From the NCBI RefSeq assembly GCF_009914755.1, contig NC_060930.1: a DNA stretch of 64,000 nt; one strand, 5' to 3'. The notes under the pieces were generated by a model. It was not told where the DNA came from. It searched no databases and saw only the letters and a list, made by a program, of their open reading frames with translations. Shown one piece after another: positions 25,255 to 38,210 of this stretch. The DNA comes from the human T2T-CHM13v2.0 reference genome, Homo sapiens. Position 1 is the stretch's first letter. Every line of letters starts with the position of its first letter. Both the position numbers and the translations under genes were made by a program.

Positions 25255-28177
25255 GAAGCATATTCCCTCGGTGGTGATGCCTATCTCTATGAAATTCAGA
25301 GTTTAAGCCCGGTCCAGATGATTTCACTGATGACTGGCGTTAAGCTCCTTAAAGCAGGGATTTAAAATGGAAAGTGCTCTCACAGTGGGCTGGAGTGGCA
25401 TTATCAGACTACTGCAGTCTCATTATAAAAACCGACACACCAAATACTAATTACAAGTTTCCTTTGAGTAAGGAGACTTTAATAGATTCTTGCCTTTTTG
25501 TTCTTTTCCACCCAGTGATAACAATTGATTGTGACTAAATCTGAATAATACTTACTTTCCCCCTTTCTCTTGCTTCCTCCAACAGTGAGGGCACAGTCCC
25601 TGAAGCTGAGGGCATGTCTCATAGATCTACCTTGTTCTAGGCTGACACTTGTTTGCAGGGCCCCAGGCAATCCCTGTGGGCCTTTAATCAATAGCTAGTA
25701 CTGTACTGGGATGATGGTGATGTCTGGTCAATAACCACACGTGATAAAAAGAATAAAGTTTGTATCCTTAAACCACCTGAGACAATTCCCAGGCAGGATC
25801 TTTAATTGAAGGAAGAAGGAGGGTTGTGGCGGCTTGTTCAGGTTTCACAGGGCACAGCTTGCAGCCAGACTGTGGAGGGCTTCCATGGGACATGACAGCC
25901 AGCAGTGCGATTAAAGAAGCCACCGACGGAAATGCAAGGGACACCCCTCTTTCATTCTTCAGCTGTCAACCCTAAATGCAGACAGATCAGTAGATGATTG
26001 CTATTAAAAAGAATAATTAAACTCGTTTTCCTTAAAGAGTAAAGCTCTTTTCAAAGTATGATGGATCATTCACTTTTAAAACTTACAAATTACTGATGAG
26101 GAAGATAAAAGGTTTTTCCCCTTAATTTTACAGATGTAAGAATTCAAATCTGCACAACGCTAGATGGAGAAGCTGGAGTGGGAAATACTGATAGTATTTA
26201 GGGTTGTTGATATGGGCCAATGGTTTTGCCCCAGTACACTCTGCCTAGAGCGAATACCTTCATTTTCTTGTCTGGTTTTCTGAGATTCTTTACTGATGAT
26301 GTTTACTGCTAGAATTTAAAGGATTAAAAAAAATGCATAAAATGACATCGAAACAGTGCAAATGGAGCTTGAATAAGAAAAATGTTCTTTACTGAAGCAA
26401 GGATGAGAGTGCAACACATTTTTAATAGTTACATGTTAGGCAAGGCATACATTTAAAAGTTATGAACTTTAATATTTTATGTCAAAGAGAATAATTGTAA
26501 TCTATTCCTGTTCACCAGGATTGTGATCCTGCCAGGAATTGTGTTGGGTGCTGGTAACAGTTCATCCCGGTAATAAGAAATTGGACTCTGGTTTTGCAAA
26601 AGAACAACCAGGAAACTGGTTGAGTGTCCAGCAGGGTCAGTGTCTTAAATATGGCATTATCTGAAATTGCACCATTTCTTGGATACGTCAAGATTACATT
26701 TTACTCATCTGGATTTTCTATCTCTTTTTTACAGGGAGAATTTAATAGTTTTTAAAGAGAATGATTTGTATTATAAAATATACCAGATACACTGTGCATC
26801 CTTTTCAAGATTTGTGATGTACCTTTGTGTATGGATGTTTACTTCTGAGGAGGGAGGCAGGGCATTTAGTGAAGGAGAGTGGCTGTGGCCACTCCGTGGT
26901 GGAGACTGCGTGGATAGCACATCGTGCGGTGCCTGTGACAGAGGAGGAACTCAAGGAGCTGTAGCTATTATAATGCTGGTATTTTATTTGCCTTGTAAAT
27001 ATCTTCTATTAAGTCAAGTCTCACAAAATTGCACATATTTGCCTAGTTTTGATCTATAAAAATGGCAATTTCATATGATCAACCTGATGGTAATATAGCA
27101 ACAGAAACCTCATAGTAAAGTATCTGCAGTTGCCAGCGTCCAAGGAATGAATGGAGATGGGGTTAAGAAAGCAGCACCCTTGGAAAGTGTGGAGCTGGGT
27201 TGAGGGGCTGGATGGTTATGGAGGCCCTTGTGGGAGTGCTTCCCAACTCCCTCGTCATCCTGCATGGGATAAGAGAGGACTCGGACACCTCCGGGCTAAG
27301 ACCTTAGTACAGCTGGGACAAAGCTGTTCAGTGCTCAGTGGAAGCAGCAACAGAACCAAGATCTGCTGAGTCTGAGTCAGTTTCCTCTCTGATTTGACCT
27401 CAGCCACTCAGAGACAAGGTGAAAACGTTCCTCCTAAGGTGAAAAGGGTCAGCCTTTCTTCCTGCAATAGGGGGCATTTACTTGGAAACAAGGCTTCCAG
27501 TTGCTGCAGGGCTGAGTCTCGCTAGTTCAGACATGGTAGCCTTTTAAAGGCCAAGCTGGGCTCAATTCCCTTCAACAAGGTGCTTCAGGGTATCCTTGAT
27601 GGACTGCATAATCTTTTAAACCTAACTACTTGCCTGAGGGTGTTTTGGTGCAATGAGAATGCCTGAGATATTCTCCCCTCTCTACCCTGCAGAACCTTCT
27701 AAAGCTCAGCGGATGTATAGATATGAAGACCCATTGAAGCATTATTATTTTTTCCCGATCTATATGTTGCAAATAATACCAGCACAGCTGCTTTTTGTGG
27801 CATATTTCTGAGTTGGGAATTAGAAGCATTTTGAGCTGTTTTTAGATGGTATCATCTCTGAGCAAGATGTCTTCCCCTGAAAAGGTCTTGCAAAATCAAT
27901 ATCGATTGATTCTTAGGATGAGGCAAATAATATGTGCCTTTACAGTCTTTTCTATATCAGAATCAATTCCAGGCCAACAGACAGAACTTTGAGCTTTAAA
28001 GATTGGTGACCTTAATAACTCTGGCAAAAGGCCTTGTGAGAAACTATTGTAAAGGATTCTTTATTGCTACGCACCACACATGGAAATAACTTCCAACTTT
28101 CTCTCCCAGGTACTTATGAGAATTGCGGCCAAATCCCAAAAGGCATGAAGTGGCTCCTCATGACCTTCTAAATGTAT

Positions 28178-28603
28178 GTGTTAATTATGATAAGGCTACT
28201 AGCTGTAACAGATAAGCCCTGAAATTACAGTTAATACAGTTGAATTTATTGCTTATGGAATAGTCCAGGAAGCTTGTTCAGTAGACAGACTTCCACGTAG
28301 TGACTCAGGGATCCAAGCTCCTTTCCTGTTATGGCTCCATTATCTTTTCCATGCGGCTTCCATGTTCACAGTGAAGGGGGAATAAAACGGGTTGGTGAAG
28401 ATACATTAGCCTCTTAATTCAGCCCACGGAAACCACACATTACATCTGCTTCCAGCTCTTAAGAACGGGTATCATGGCCCCATCTAGATGCAAGAGGAGC
28501 TGGACAATGTGGTCCTTGCCCAGGCACTCACTTCCTTGCAACACTGCTACACTGTGGAAGGGGAGCACACATCTTTGTCAGACATCTGACTGTCTCTGAC
28601 ACT
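28178..28603 (-). mobile_element. Old MaLR LTR (MLT1J/K-like)
   Basis: ctagctgtaacagataagccctgaaatt...gtgactcagggatccaagctcctttcc...tcatggccccatctagatgcaagagg...gtctctgacac. Confidence 0.7.
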
Positions 28604-29229
28604 GTAGAATATCACTCATGCTTTGTTCTCATTAAAGAATCCTAATGTCATGTACTTGGAATTTTTTTCTGAAGGATTTGAAGACTCTACATTCTTAAAA
28701 AGATGCTTTCTCCTGCAGAATCTGCCATCTTAGCCCTGAGGGGTCAAGCTTCATGGGCATAACCCTCCACAGCTTCTGCTGGGTCTTGCATCCTTGACTT
28801 CTTGTGCTCTAGCGACTCTGTGGGAAGGAGTCAGCTGCTTTCACGCTACAGACAGCATTTCTATTACAATTGTCACCTTTGATTTCTGTGACATCATTGA
28901 TATCATTAGGGAGAGGCTTTTCTTGGGCCATTAAGAATGTCAAATTTGGTTCAGTCAGAAAGCAGTGTTGGAGAAATTCACTGTGAACACTGCATGCAAC
29001 GTAATTCCACATAGGCATCTAGGAAGCCTCCAATATTGCGTGGTTGAGCCATTGACATAATTTTCCAGTAACTCAGAGATGTGCTCATCAGGCTTTTGAT
29101 TTCACTTATAAAATTTAAATCTCTGAACAATGATGGATAGTTCTGGTTAGTGTACCATCATTCCACAAAGGCATTAATTTTTGTATTCTTTACTCAACAG
29201 AAGCATGGAGGGAGCTCATGGATAAGTGG

Positions 29230-29415
29230 ATAGGAGCTGGGGCTTTGAAATCAGACCTTTTAAGCTTGCCAGGCTTCAGTTGCCTCATCCAGTGGGAGTA
29301 ATGCTAGTGCCCATCTCATGGGAGGCCCCTGAGTGTAATGGGTGAGGTAAGCAAGTACATCACTTAGCCCAGCTTAACCTAGGGTTTGGCACATGAAGTG
29401 CTCAATAAATAGTAG
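29230..29415 (+). mobile_element. MIR SINE
   Basis: gggctttgaaatcagacc...cttcagttgcctcatc...ttggcacatgaagtgctcaataaat. Confidence 0.7.
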
Positions 29416-29439
29416 ATCTTCTCATTCTTCTTCTCCTCC

Positions 29440-29928
29440 TGCATTAGTTTCCTACTGATGCTATAATAAATTACCACAAACAAATGCACCATCTTACAGT
29501 CCTGTGGTTAGAAATCCAGCATGGGTGTCCCTGGGCTAAAATCAAGGTGTCAGTGCAGCGGGTTTCTTCTGGAGGCTCTATGGGAAAATTTGTCCCCTTA
29601 CCTTTTCCAGCTTCTAGAGGCTGCCTGCTCTCTGTGGCTCGTGGACTTTTTCTCCATCTCCAAAACCAGCAATGGCAGGTTGAGCCCTTCTCACATCACA
29701 GCTCATCTTTCCAACCTACTCATATGCCTCGTTCTTCCATTTCTGTGGACCCTGTGATTACAGTGGCCACCTGGACCATCCAGGACAATTTCCCTATTTT
29801 AAGGTCAGCGGATTAGCAAACTTAATTTCATCTGCAGCCTAATTCCTCTTTCCCAGGTAGCCTCACATATTCACAGGTTGGGGATCAAGAGGCGAACATC
29901 TCTGGGAAGACATTATTCTGCCTAGCCC
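29440..29928 (-). mobile_element. MLT1D MaLR solo LTR
   Basis: gggctaaaatcaaggtgtcag...ttccagcttctagaggctgcc...ttttaaggtcagcggattagcaaacttaatt...cattattctgccta. Confidence 0.88.
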
Positions 29929-29939
29929 GTGTTGGAACT

Positions 29940-30250
29940 GGCTGGGTGCAGTGGCTCACACCTGATATCCCAACACTTTGGGAAGCCAAGATGGGAGGAT
30001 CTCTTGAGGCCAGGAGATTGAGACTAGTCTGGGTAGCATAGCGCGACCCTGTCTCTACAAAAAAAGAAAAAAGCTGGATGTGATGGTGCACACCTGTAGT
30101 TCCAGCTCCTTGGGAAGCCAAGGCAGGAAGATCTTGAGCCCAGGAGTTTAAGGCTGCAGTGTACCATCATGGTTGTGCCACTGTACTCTAGCCTGGGTGA
30201 CAGCGAGACCTTGTCAAAACAAAAAAACAAAAAAACAAAAAACAAAAAAC
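29940..30250 (+). mobile_element. AluJ SINE
   Basis: ttgagcccaggagtttaaggctgcagtg J-type right arm; TSD g(t/c)tggaact. Confidence 0.95.
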
Positions 30251-31039
30251 AGCTGGAACTCTTTACATTCTGATTTCCTTGGTGCTCTGCTCTGTCATTT
30301 TTTGTTTTAGAGTGAACTACTCTTAAAATACTAGTCTTCTGAAGTTGTTTTTCTGATGTCTAACTTCTGTTTTGGCTTCAAAGCAACAATTTTAAGCACA
30401 ACGGACCAGAATAGAGCTAATGTTCTATTATTTACCAGTAGCTATTAAGAGCAAAATAATAGTGCATATTATCATTTTTCCCCTTGGAGGCTCTCATGTC
30501 ACTAGAAAATATGTCACGTTGGGGAGTCAATACAAACCAGCAAAGAAAATGCTCTGAATGCTTATTCAATACGCGGGCATCCATTTCCACAAAGTGATTC
30601 GGGGATGACTCCACATTGACTCTGCTATAAGCAAAATACTCAAAAGGACAAAACAAAATTTAAAATTAAAAAAAGAACACCCAAGTTACTGCTGTAGAAC
30701 TTGTGATGCCTTGACATGTATTCCCTTCATGGGGTGTTTGCATTTATGTAAGCATCAAGGTCTTTGGCCAATGACAGGGGTGATGCTGATGGACCCTTTC
30801 CAGGCCACCGGTGGAAGAGGGGTTGAGGGTCGGCCTTGGGTTGTTTATTAGGGCTGGTATTAGGGCTGGTCCTGCGGCTGGCATTCGTGACCACTCATTC
30901 CCTCCTCATATCCTTTCAGATCTTTTCGCAGGGACTTGAAAGGTAGCTCCTTGCACAGCAGAGCTTTTCTGCCAGGTGGAGAGAGAGAACTGGTTAATTC
31001 GCCTGGAGCATCTCTCTGAGCCTTAGCATCCAGCAAGGA

Positions 31040-31875
31040 TGCATCCGACACTCCTGGGCTTTGGTCCGGCCTTCTCAGCAGGGCTCCTGGGCCTGTAGGC
31101 GTCCTCTGCCCCCGCCCCCAGCCTCACTCCAGGGCCCCTCCCCTCCACAGGAGCCGTGCATGTGGCTGCCTCGCTGCTGGGGCACTGGAAAGGACGGAGA
31201 AAAGGCGGGGCGGTACGCCAAGGAGAGTGGGAGGCATGGCCTCCGGCCCTGTGCGGGCTCGTGTGGGCGGCACCGGCGGCCTCATGGGCATCTGAACCCA
31301 GTCCCCGGGAGGCCACCCATGGCCTGGCAGAGGGGCGCCGGCCGCGTGGCTCTGGAGCCCGTCTGGGCCCCTCTCCAGGCCAGGAAAGCGCGACGGCTCC
31401 TTCTCGGCTCAGACGCTCCAGACGGAAAAACCAACCCCCAGCAAAACCCACACCCTCTCCCCAGCCACCAAAGCCCGTGCCAGGAGTGGCCAGGAGGGAC
31501 CCGCAGGACAGGAAAGACCCCGCGGCTGCATGGAGCAAGTCGCTCTCCTGGCGCAGCTCTCCTGCCCTACGGGGCGGGGCGGGGCGGCTCCAGGTACTCA
31601 CGGGCTCCCAGCACCCGGGCCCGACCCTCCCTGCTAGGCCGTGGCTTGGATTTTTCTTGACAAACTCCAGCCTTTCGCTAGCCCTGCACCTGCAGCCATG
31701 GCCTCGCCCGCTGCTTGGAACAGCACAGAAGCGCAACCTTCCTCCTCGTCCTGGTAATACTCGGAGTCTGGCGGATAAGCCGTCACAGGGCTGGACCACA
31801 CGTCCGGGGAATACCTGGTCTGATCGGAGGCAGTGCAGCCCCAGACGACGAGACATCAGCTTACACCTGCCGGGA
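31040..31875. promoter_or_regulatory. CpG island / candidate promoter with tandem GC boxes
   Basis: Dense CpG and high GC; GGGGCGGGGCGGGGCGG at 31571-31587; minus-strand donor CCC|GTGAGT at 31601. Confidence 0.8.
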
Positions 31876-32513
31876 CATCAAACAAGCAAAAGACAAATGT
31901 GGGAGAGGATGGGGAGAAACTGGGTCCCTTGCTGCACTGTTGGTGGAAATGTCAGCCATTATGGAAAACAGTGTGGAGGTTCCGCAAAAAATTAAAGATA
32001 GAATTAGCACATGATCCAGCAATCCCACTTCTGGGTATTTATACGAAAGAATTGAAATCAGGGTCTTGAAGAGATACTAGCACTCCCACATTCACTGTAA
32101 CACTATTCACGTGGACAAGATGTAGAAACAAACAAAGTGTCCATCAACAATGAATAAAGAAATGGTGCTATCCACATACACAGTGGAATATTATTCAGCC
32201 TCAAAAAAGAAGGAAATTCTGCAACATGCGGTAGTTTGGATGAACCTTGAGGATATTACATGAAGTAAAATAAGTCACAGAAAGACAAGTCCTGCATGAT
32301 CCCACTTAATACAAGGGATCGAAAATAGTCAAATTCATAGAATCAGAGTGGAATGGGGGTTTCCAGGATTGGAGAAGGGGGAACTGGGAGTGAGTAATCA
32401 GGAGGTGTAAAGTTTCAGTCCAGCAGGATGAATAAGCTCAAGAGCTCTGCTGTACAACATTGAGAATGCGTCTCATAACTGTTCTCACCACAATAAAATA
32501 AATACAAACATAA
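31825..32513 (+). mobile_element. L1MA/L1MB 3' end (ORF2 C-terminus and 3'UTR)
   Basis: cagccattatggaaaacagtgtggagg...gatccagcaatcccacttctgggtat...ttctcaccacaataaaataaa. Confidence 0.9.
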
Positions 32514-32544
32514 AATGGTGGGGGCTCTAGCACCGGGGGTCATC

Positions 32545-32735
32545 ATTTAAAACTTGCCACTGCCACTGACCTTTGTAATCTCCGGCAGTGACTCAGCCTT
32601 CCTAGGCCTCAGTTTCCCCATCGGTAAAGTGATAAGGATGCTCGTATGTCTAGGCAGATGTGGGAATGAAGCGAATGACCCCTTTGCCTGGCGCCTGGCA
32701 TGCAGTAGTGTGTTAGTGTAGCTAAGGCATTTTAT
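32545..32735 (+). mobile_element. MIR SINE
   Basis: gcctcagtttccccatcggtaaagtgataagg...gcctggcatgcagtag. Confidence 0.75.
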
Positions 32736-32876
32736 CAAGTCCAGTTGCTTGGGGAGAACAACACTAAAACTTGTTTAAGCACGTGATTGGATGTCGTCTT
32801 ATCATCTGGATATTTTGAGGGACAGAAGTTCTTCCAACACCACATGAATGAACTAATGTATGGCTAAAGAGATTAA

Positions 32877-33308
<432 letters not shown>

Positions 33309-36107
33309 TAAAAAAGAGAAATAGAAAGATTGAAGAAATGTGCACAATAGAAAATCTCTGCTGGAGCCTATCAGGTGAATGGAGGAGGCTGAGGGCTTTT
33401 GAATGACATGTCTTGTAGTTGACAGCCCTTAATCTTCGAAGGCTCTTCCCTTCCGAGGTGACCATGGCTGCTGCTTTAGAGCCATGATTAAAATTACCTA
33501 TAATGCTTAAAAGATTTAGGGATCTGCATGGAAATGTCCGCTCAGAGTTCTGTATAGACTTACATTAGCTTAGAGGCAATGAATCCATTAAGAGGGACAT
33601 TTCTGGTGAAATTAACCAATTTTTCCCTAATGTGAATTTTTGCCATGGTGTTGTCTCAGAAAAAGCATCATTTAACCACCCCCACCCCTAATGGTTTTAG
33701 AAGTCCATAGACGGAATGATATTCATCATCTCTATTATCTGTTTAGCTACAGAGGATTCTTTGCCAAATATGTTAATGAATTAGCTCTGTATTTCCAACT
33801 CCAGGGAGATTGTCTCTCATTAGAGGCTGAAGTGGCCCCTGTGTGTGGTTGCTCAGTAGCTCAGCTGGATGCTGCTTTGGGAGGCTATATAAAGAAAAAC
33901 AACATCAGTATAATTATAAGCCAAAAAAAAAAAAAAAAAAAAGAACAAAACAACTGTCAGAGTCAGATGCTTGTCATGTGATTTTATAAGGTTGGTGTGC
34001 CTTTTCTTGAGACTTGGTAAATGGAAGGCTTGAGATGTGGGCTGTTATTGAAATAAGAAAATAATACCCTTCTGTTCGATATCACTGACACAACCCTGAA
34101 TGCAGGAGAAAAACAAAAACCAAGCCCTTTAAAATACATCTGCCATTTTAAATGTGTTGCTGCACTTTGCTCTTCGGCAAAGCCGTTTTTTGACTCAGTT
34201 GTGGGATCTGATTTAGTTCGGAGCTGCTGTCTGTATCATTTTGTTATGGTTAATGCTATGCCAGGGACCAGCGAAGCGTAAAAGGCCATCTTTGTTCTCA
34301 GGGCAGCAATGATTTCTATGTCCTTAAGGTTGAAGAAAAAGAGTGATATTCTTATTTTGTTGGCTGGAACACCAAAAAGAATAAAATAAGCAAGTAGTAG
34401 GAACACAATTATACGTGTGGGTTTTTTAAAGAGACAGAGACAGAATGCATGGAGACCTCCCCCCACCTCCTCTGTTGGAGTTTGGCTGCCTCTACAGAAA
34501 ATCCACATCCTTCCAGCTTTGGCCAGCCTGGGTCCTCCGCAGAATGCCGAGTCCCTTTCTGCCCTGTCCAATCATGCTCTGATACCCGACCAGACATGCG
34601 TGTGCAACCCTCACTATCAGGAGAACGTGTCTGTGAAGCTGAGGAACGTGAGGAAGCCAGCTCCCGCTAAGAGCATGGTTGTAGCAGTGTGAACTTCAAT
34701 GCAGCTGAAATCTTTATGGTTTCTGGCGCGTGCAGGGAGCCCAGTGAGGTCACGCCAGCGTCTGTGACCCCCTGCTCCCTCTCCCTTTCCCATCCCCCTG
34801 CACTGACATCGACATTTGGCCCAAACCCTTTCCTAACGCTGTAACATAATTCATTAGGACAGCCTTAATGAGCTGATAATTAGTCTGGTGGGAGGAGGTG
34901 AAAAGGGAGGGGGCAGAAATGCCAGACTCTGAGAAAGTTGAGCCGGCTGGGGCGTCTTAGTGAGCCCTAGAGAGCTTTTTGTCAACAAAATGGATCACGC
35001 TTGCAGGCAGTAAAACTTTCAAATGACCTTCATGTCAAAATATTAGGCTGCTGTTTTTTGCTGGATGGTGGTTTCATAAACATAAAAAGCACACATATCA
35101 TTCAGAGTACAGCAAAATTTGTCTCGAATATGTGGAGCTCCCCCTCTTTATTTTTTCAGAAAGACTAATGTAGCCTCCATGCAGTGGAGAAAATGACAGA
35201 ATATCCCAGCCTTATACTTCAGCTGAAATAGATATTTACGGTAGGCTTGTCTGCTCTTCAGCCTTTTTTTTTTTTCTAAAGGAAGCACTAAACTATATAC
35301 ATGAGTATATAAATAGATACAAGAGAAAGATATAAATCCTACAGAAATTTTGCTTATTTTCATTCAGGAAAATTGCCCACTGAATTCTGCCATTTACAGA
35401 AAAGGCAAGGACAATAATATGATACTCACAGTTGGAAGACAGAGTTACGATGAACTGCTGAAAGTAACTCTTCTTAATGGGAGAAAAAAAATCATCAGGA
35501 CTATGGACAATATATATTTTTTCTTTGTCGAAATCATTTCTTCTCAAAGTTAAATGTCACAAAGGCAAATAGATGTTTGAATTTGCACTGTCTAAATGAC
35601 AAGAAATGTAAATAAATATGGTCCGAAGAATTTGTAGTTTATCTTCCTCTGAAGTGTTGGGGCACTCTCTTATTTAGGGAAGACCAGGCTGAATGAACAA
35701 CAGAGGACTGGGAAGACATTTAGGATAAGGACCCAGTTTGGGGAACTAAGAAACAATGTTGATTGGAGACAGAAAATCCAGTAACTGATAAAGATTAAAA
35801 TAGTAATTGTGTGTCATTTTCTAATAGTGGTGTGGTCACCAGTCAATACGGATAATGTACCTTAAAAGTGCTTTGCCAAGAAAAAGGCATTGTCAAATGT
35901 TGTATTTATTGTTGCTTTTAGAATTAAGCAGTGATTACTTAGCTTGGGTTTCAGCAGCACCAATAAGAATGGACCCTGCCTTTTTGTTTTACCTTTGACA
36001 TCCCTGGATCAAATAAAATTATTTCCTGCCCTTAAGATTTGAATTAAGCAAATATGCTACAGAGTAAATCATGACCCATAGTCCTGCGATCAATCTACTT
36101 TCCCGTC

Positions 36108-36255
36108 CAGTGCTGCTTCAACCTGAACGTGCTTGCAAACCAGCAGCAGACGAGGTCTAGTTTAGTGCATCTGGTTGGGGGCCTGAGGGTCTGCATGTCT
36201 AACAAGCTCTCCAGCAATGCCATGACTCATGGTTACTGGTCCACCACCCTTGTTG
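36108..36255 (+). mobile_element. MER5A-like DNA transposon fragment
   Basis: ggggcctgagggtctgcatgtctaacaagctctccagcaatgc...ctggtccaccacc; orientation by convention uncertain. Confidence 0.6.
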
Positions 36256-37336
36256 TGGTCCACAACCCTTGTTGCTGGACAACAAACCCTTGGCATGTGG
36301 TCACCTTAGAGGTTTCATTTCACAAGACCGGTTCTTCAGACACTGTTTTCTTTTAGCCCCCAGTTGCAGTTTGGGCCTTGACCAGAAGGCAAATGGAAAG
36401 GGGGTTTGGCCATGAGTTCACAGTACCTCATTATGCATCAATGTGAGCACAGATTATTCAAGATGGCCCTGTCCATTTTCCTTTTTAAAAATTTTAATAG
36501 CGTCAGATCTTATTTATTGTCTATCTACTTTTAGGTTTTAAACAGGGAAGATCTATTTCTTGATGCCTACAATAAAGCTCTTCAACGCAGAAGATGACTC
36601 AGTTTCTAATACAAGAAATAAACACAGAGGTGCCTCTCCACAGCCTGAGTGTGTATCTGAGTCTGGTGTTGGGTAGGGCTTGGCAGGGTCGGGACGACTT
36701 CTAGATGCATTGGGGGAACTCAGTCTGAAGCTGGGGCTTTCTTTGGAAAAACCAACCCTCAAAAAGGGCTATTAAGACTGATGACCTTGCTGGGCATCCA
36801 ATGACTTGGAGCTAGTCCAGACTTATAACGTTGTTCATTGGTTGAATTATTTCATTTGAAAAAATGTTTCACACCTGAGCAAGACCATATTCTTCTCCAA
36901 GCCATCACCATGCCACACATCTTTGGGTTTATTGCAATTGTGTGTCTCCAGCATCCACTGTAATCTACTTTTAGAGCATAGGGTAGCCTTGGCAGCCTCA
37001 ATGTCTTGAAGTCACTTTCATGCTATCCCATAGTGAAAAAGCAGAAGGGTCCTGGATGCCCAGGTATAATGGGTTCGTTCCTTGGGGCATCGCTTTGACA
37101 TCAATCATGGTCTTTTGCACAAGGCCTTTTCTTCAGTCCTCTCTTGCATGACTTCCATCCTCTGCTGATGAGCAGAAACACCTTATAAAGAGAAGTTATC
37201 CTCTGTGACTAAAGATTCAGCCAAACTGTTTTCAATCTCCCCCAAGTATTTTAGGATACATTTACTTAAAAACAATAGAATTGCCAATAACATATCATTT
37301 TAATCTATTCACTGAAGCAGTTCACTTCAGAAATTT

Positions 37337-37637
37337 GCTGGGTGTAGTGGCACACACCTGTAGTCCCAGCTGTTTGGGAGGCTAAGGCAGGAGGATGGCG
37401 TGAGACCAGGAGTTCTGGGAGCTATGCTGATTGGGTGTCCACACTAAGTTCAGCATCAATATAGTGACTTCTCGGGAGTGGGGGACCACCAGGTTGCCTA
37501 AGAAGGAGGAGAGCCAGCCCAGGTTGGAAATGAAGCAGGTGGAAACATCTGTGCTGATCAGTAGTGGGAGTATGCCTGTGAATAGCCACTGCACTCTAGC
37601 TTGGGCAATGTTGCATGACCCCTTCTCTAAAAAGAAA
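37337..37637 (+). pseudogene. 7SL (SRP RNA) retropseudogene, near full length
   Basis: Alu-domain 5' end, then S-domain gctatgctgattgggtgtccacactaagttcagcatcaatatagtgac...ccaccaggttgcctaag...gtgctgatcagtagtggga...gcctgtgaatagccactgcact, and a short A tail. Confidence 0.95.
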
Positions 37638-38210
37638 TCAAATCTGAGTTGTCAACGTTGGCATCTTTGAAGTATCAGAAAATAATACATTTGCTTATCT
37701 CAAAAATATAAAATGTAGATTTTCCCCCAATCCAGACAAGCCGTCCTTAGTCTGTCCTTAATTCTGTTCTTTCCATGTTGTTTACTTTGTATCCAGAGTG
37801 AACTCTTCATGCATTCTGCTATGTAGGTGGTACTGTTGTCAGGAGAATTAAGCCTAGACCTAAAAAACATTAGGCAGCTGTAAGAGGTTAATGTTTCACA
37901 AACCCAAGAGCAAATTGAAAAATTCAAAGGTACACATTTTCCTTCTAGGTTTTCTGTTTAACACCTAGGGTGCTGCTTGTTCTGGTTAGTCTAGAAGGAT
38001 AGTTTTAGCACTGAAAGTCCAGGAAAACTCTCGGTCCTGAGCCAAGTTGGCTACCCTGAAATACCTGCCTTCACTGATGTCACTTACAATAAAAATAATA
38101 TGCCATCTTCACATCCCTCCAGCTCTTCCTTATTTACTTATTTTTATTTTCATTCCTTTTGGCCTGTGCCTGATGAATCATCTTCCCTTCCCTGAGCCAC
38201 TCCTGTTGCC

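Noticed and set aside
22797-25306. Apparent paralogous proteins sharing RNGLLEMVASPMVHG...
   Set aside because: The similarity comes only from the 143-bp DNA duplication; there is no coding evidence
31023-31995. Long ORFs of 277, 199 and 279 aa
   Set aside because: They overlap on both strands in GC-rich CpG-island DNA, where stops are scarce; the sequences are low-complexity R/P/G/A with no recognisable domain and run into L1
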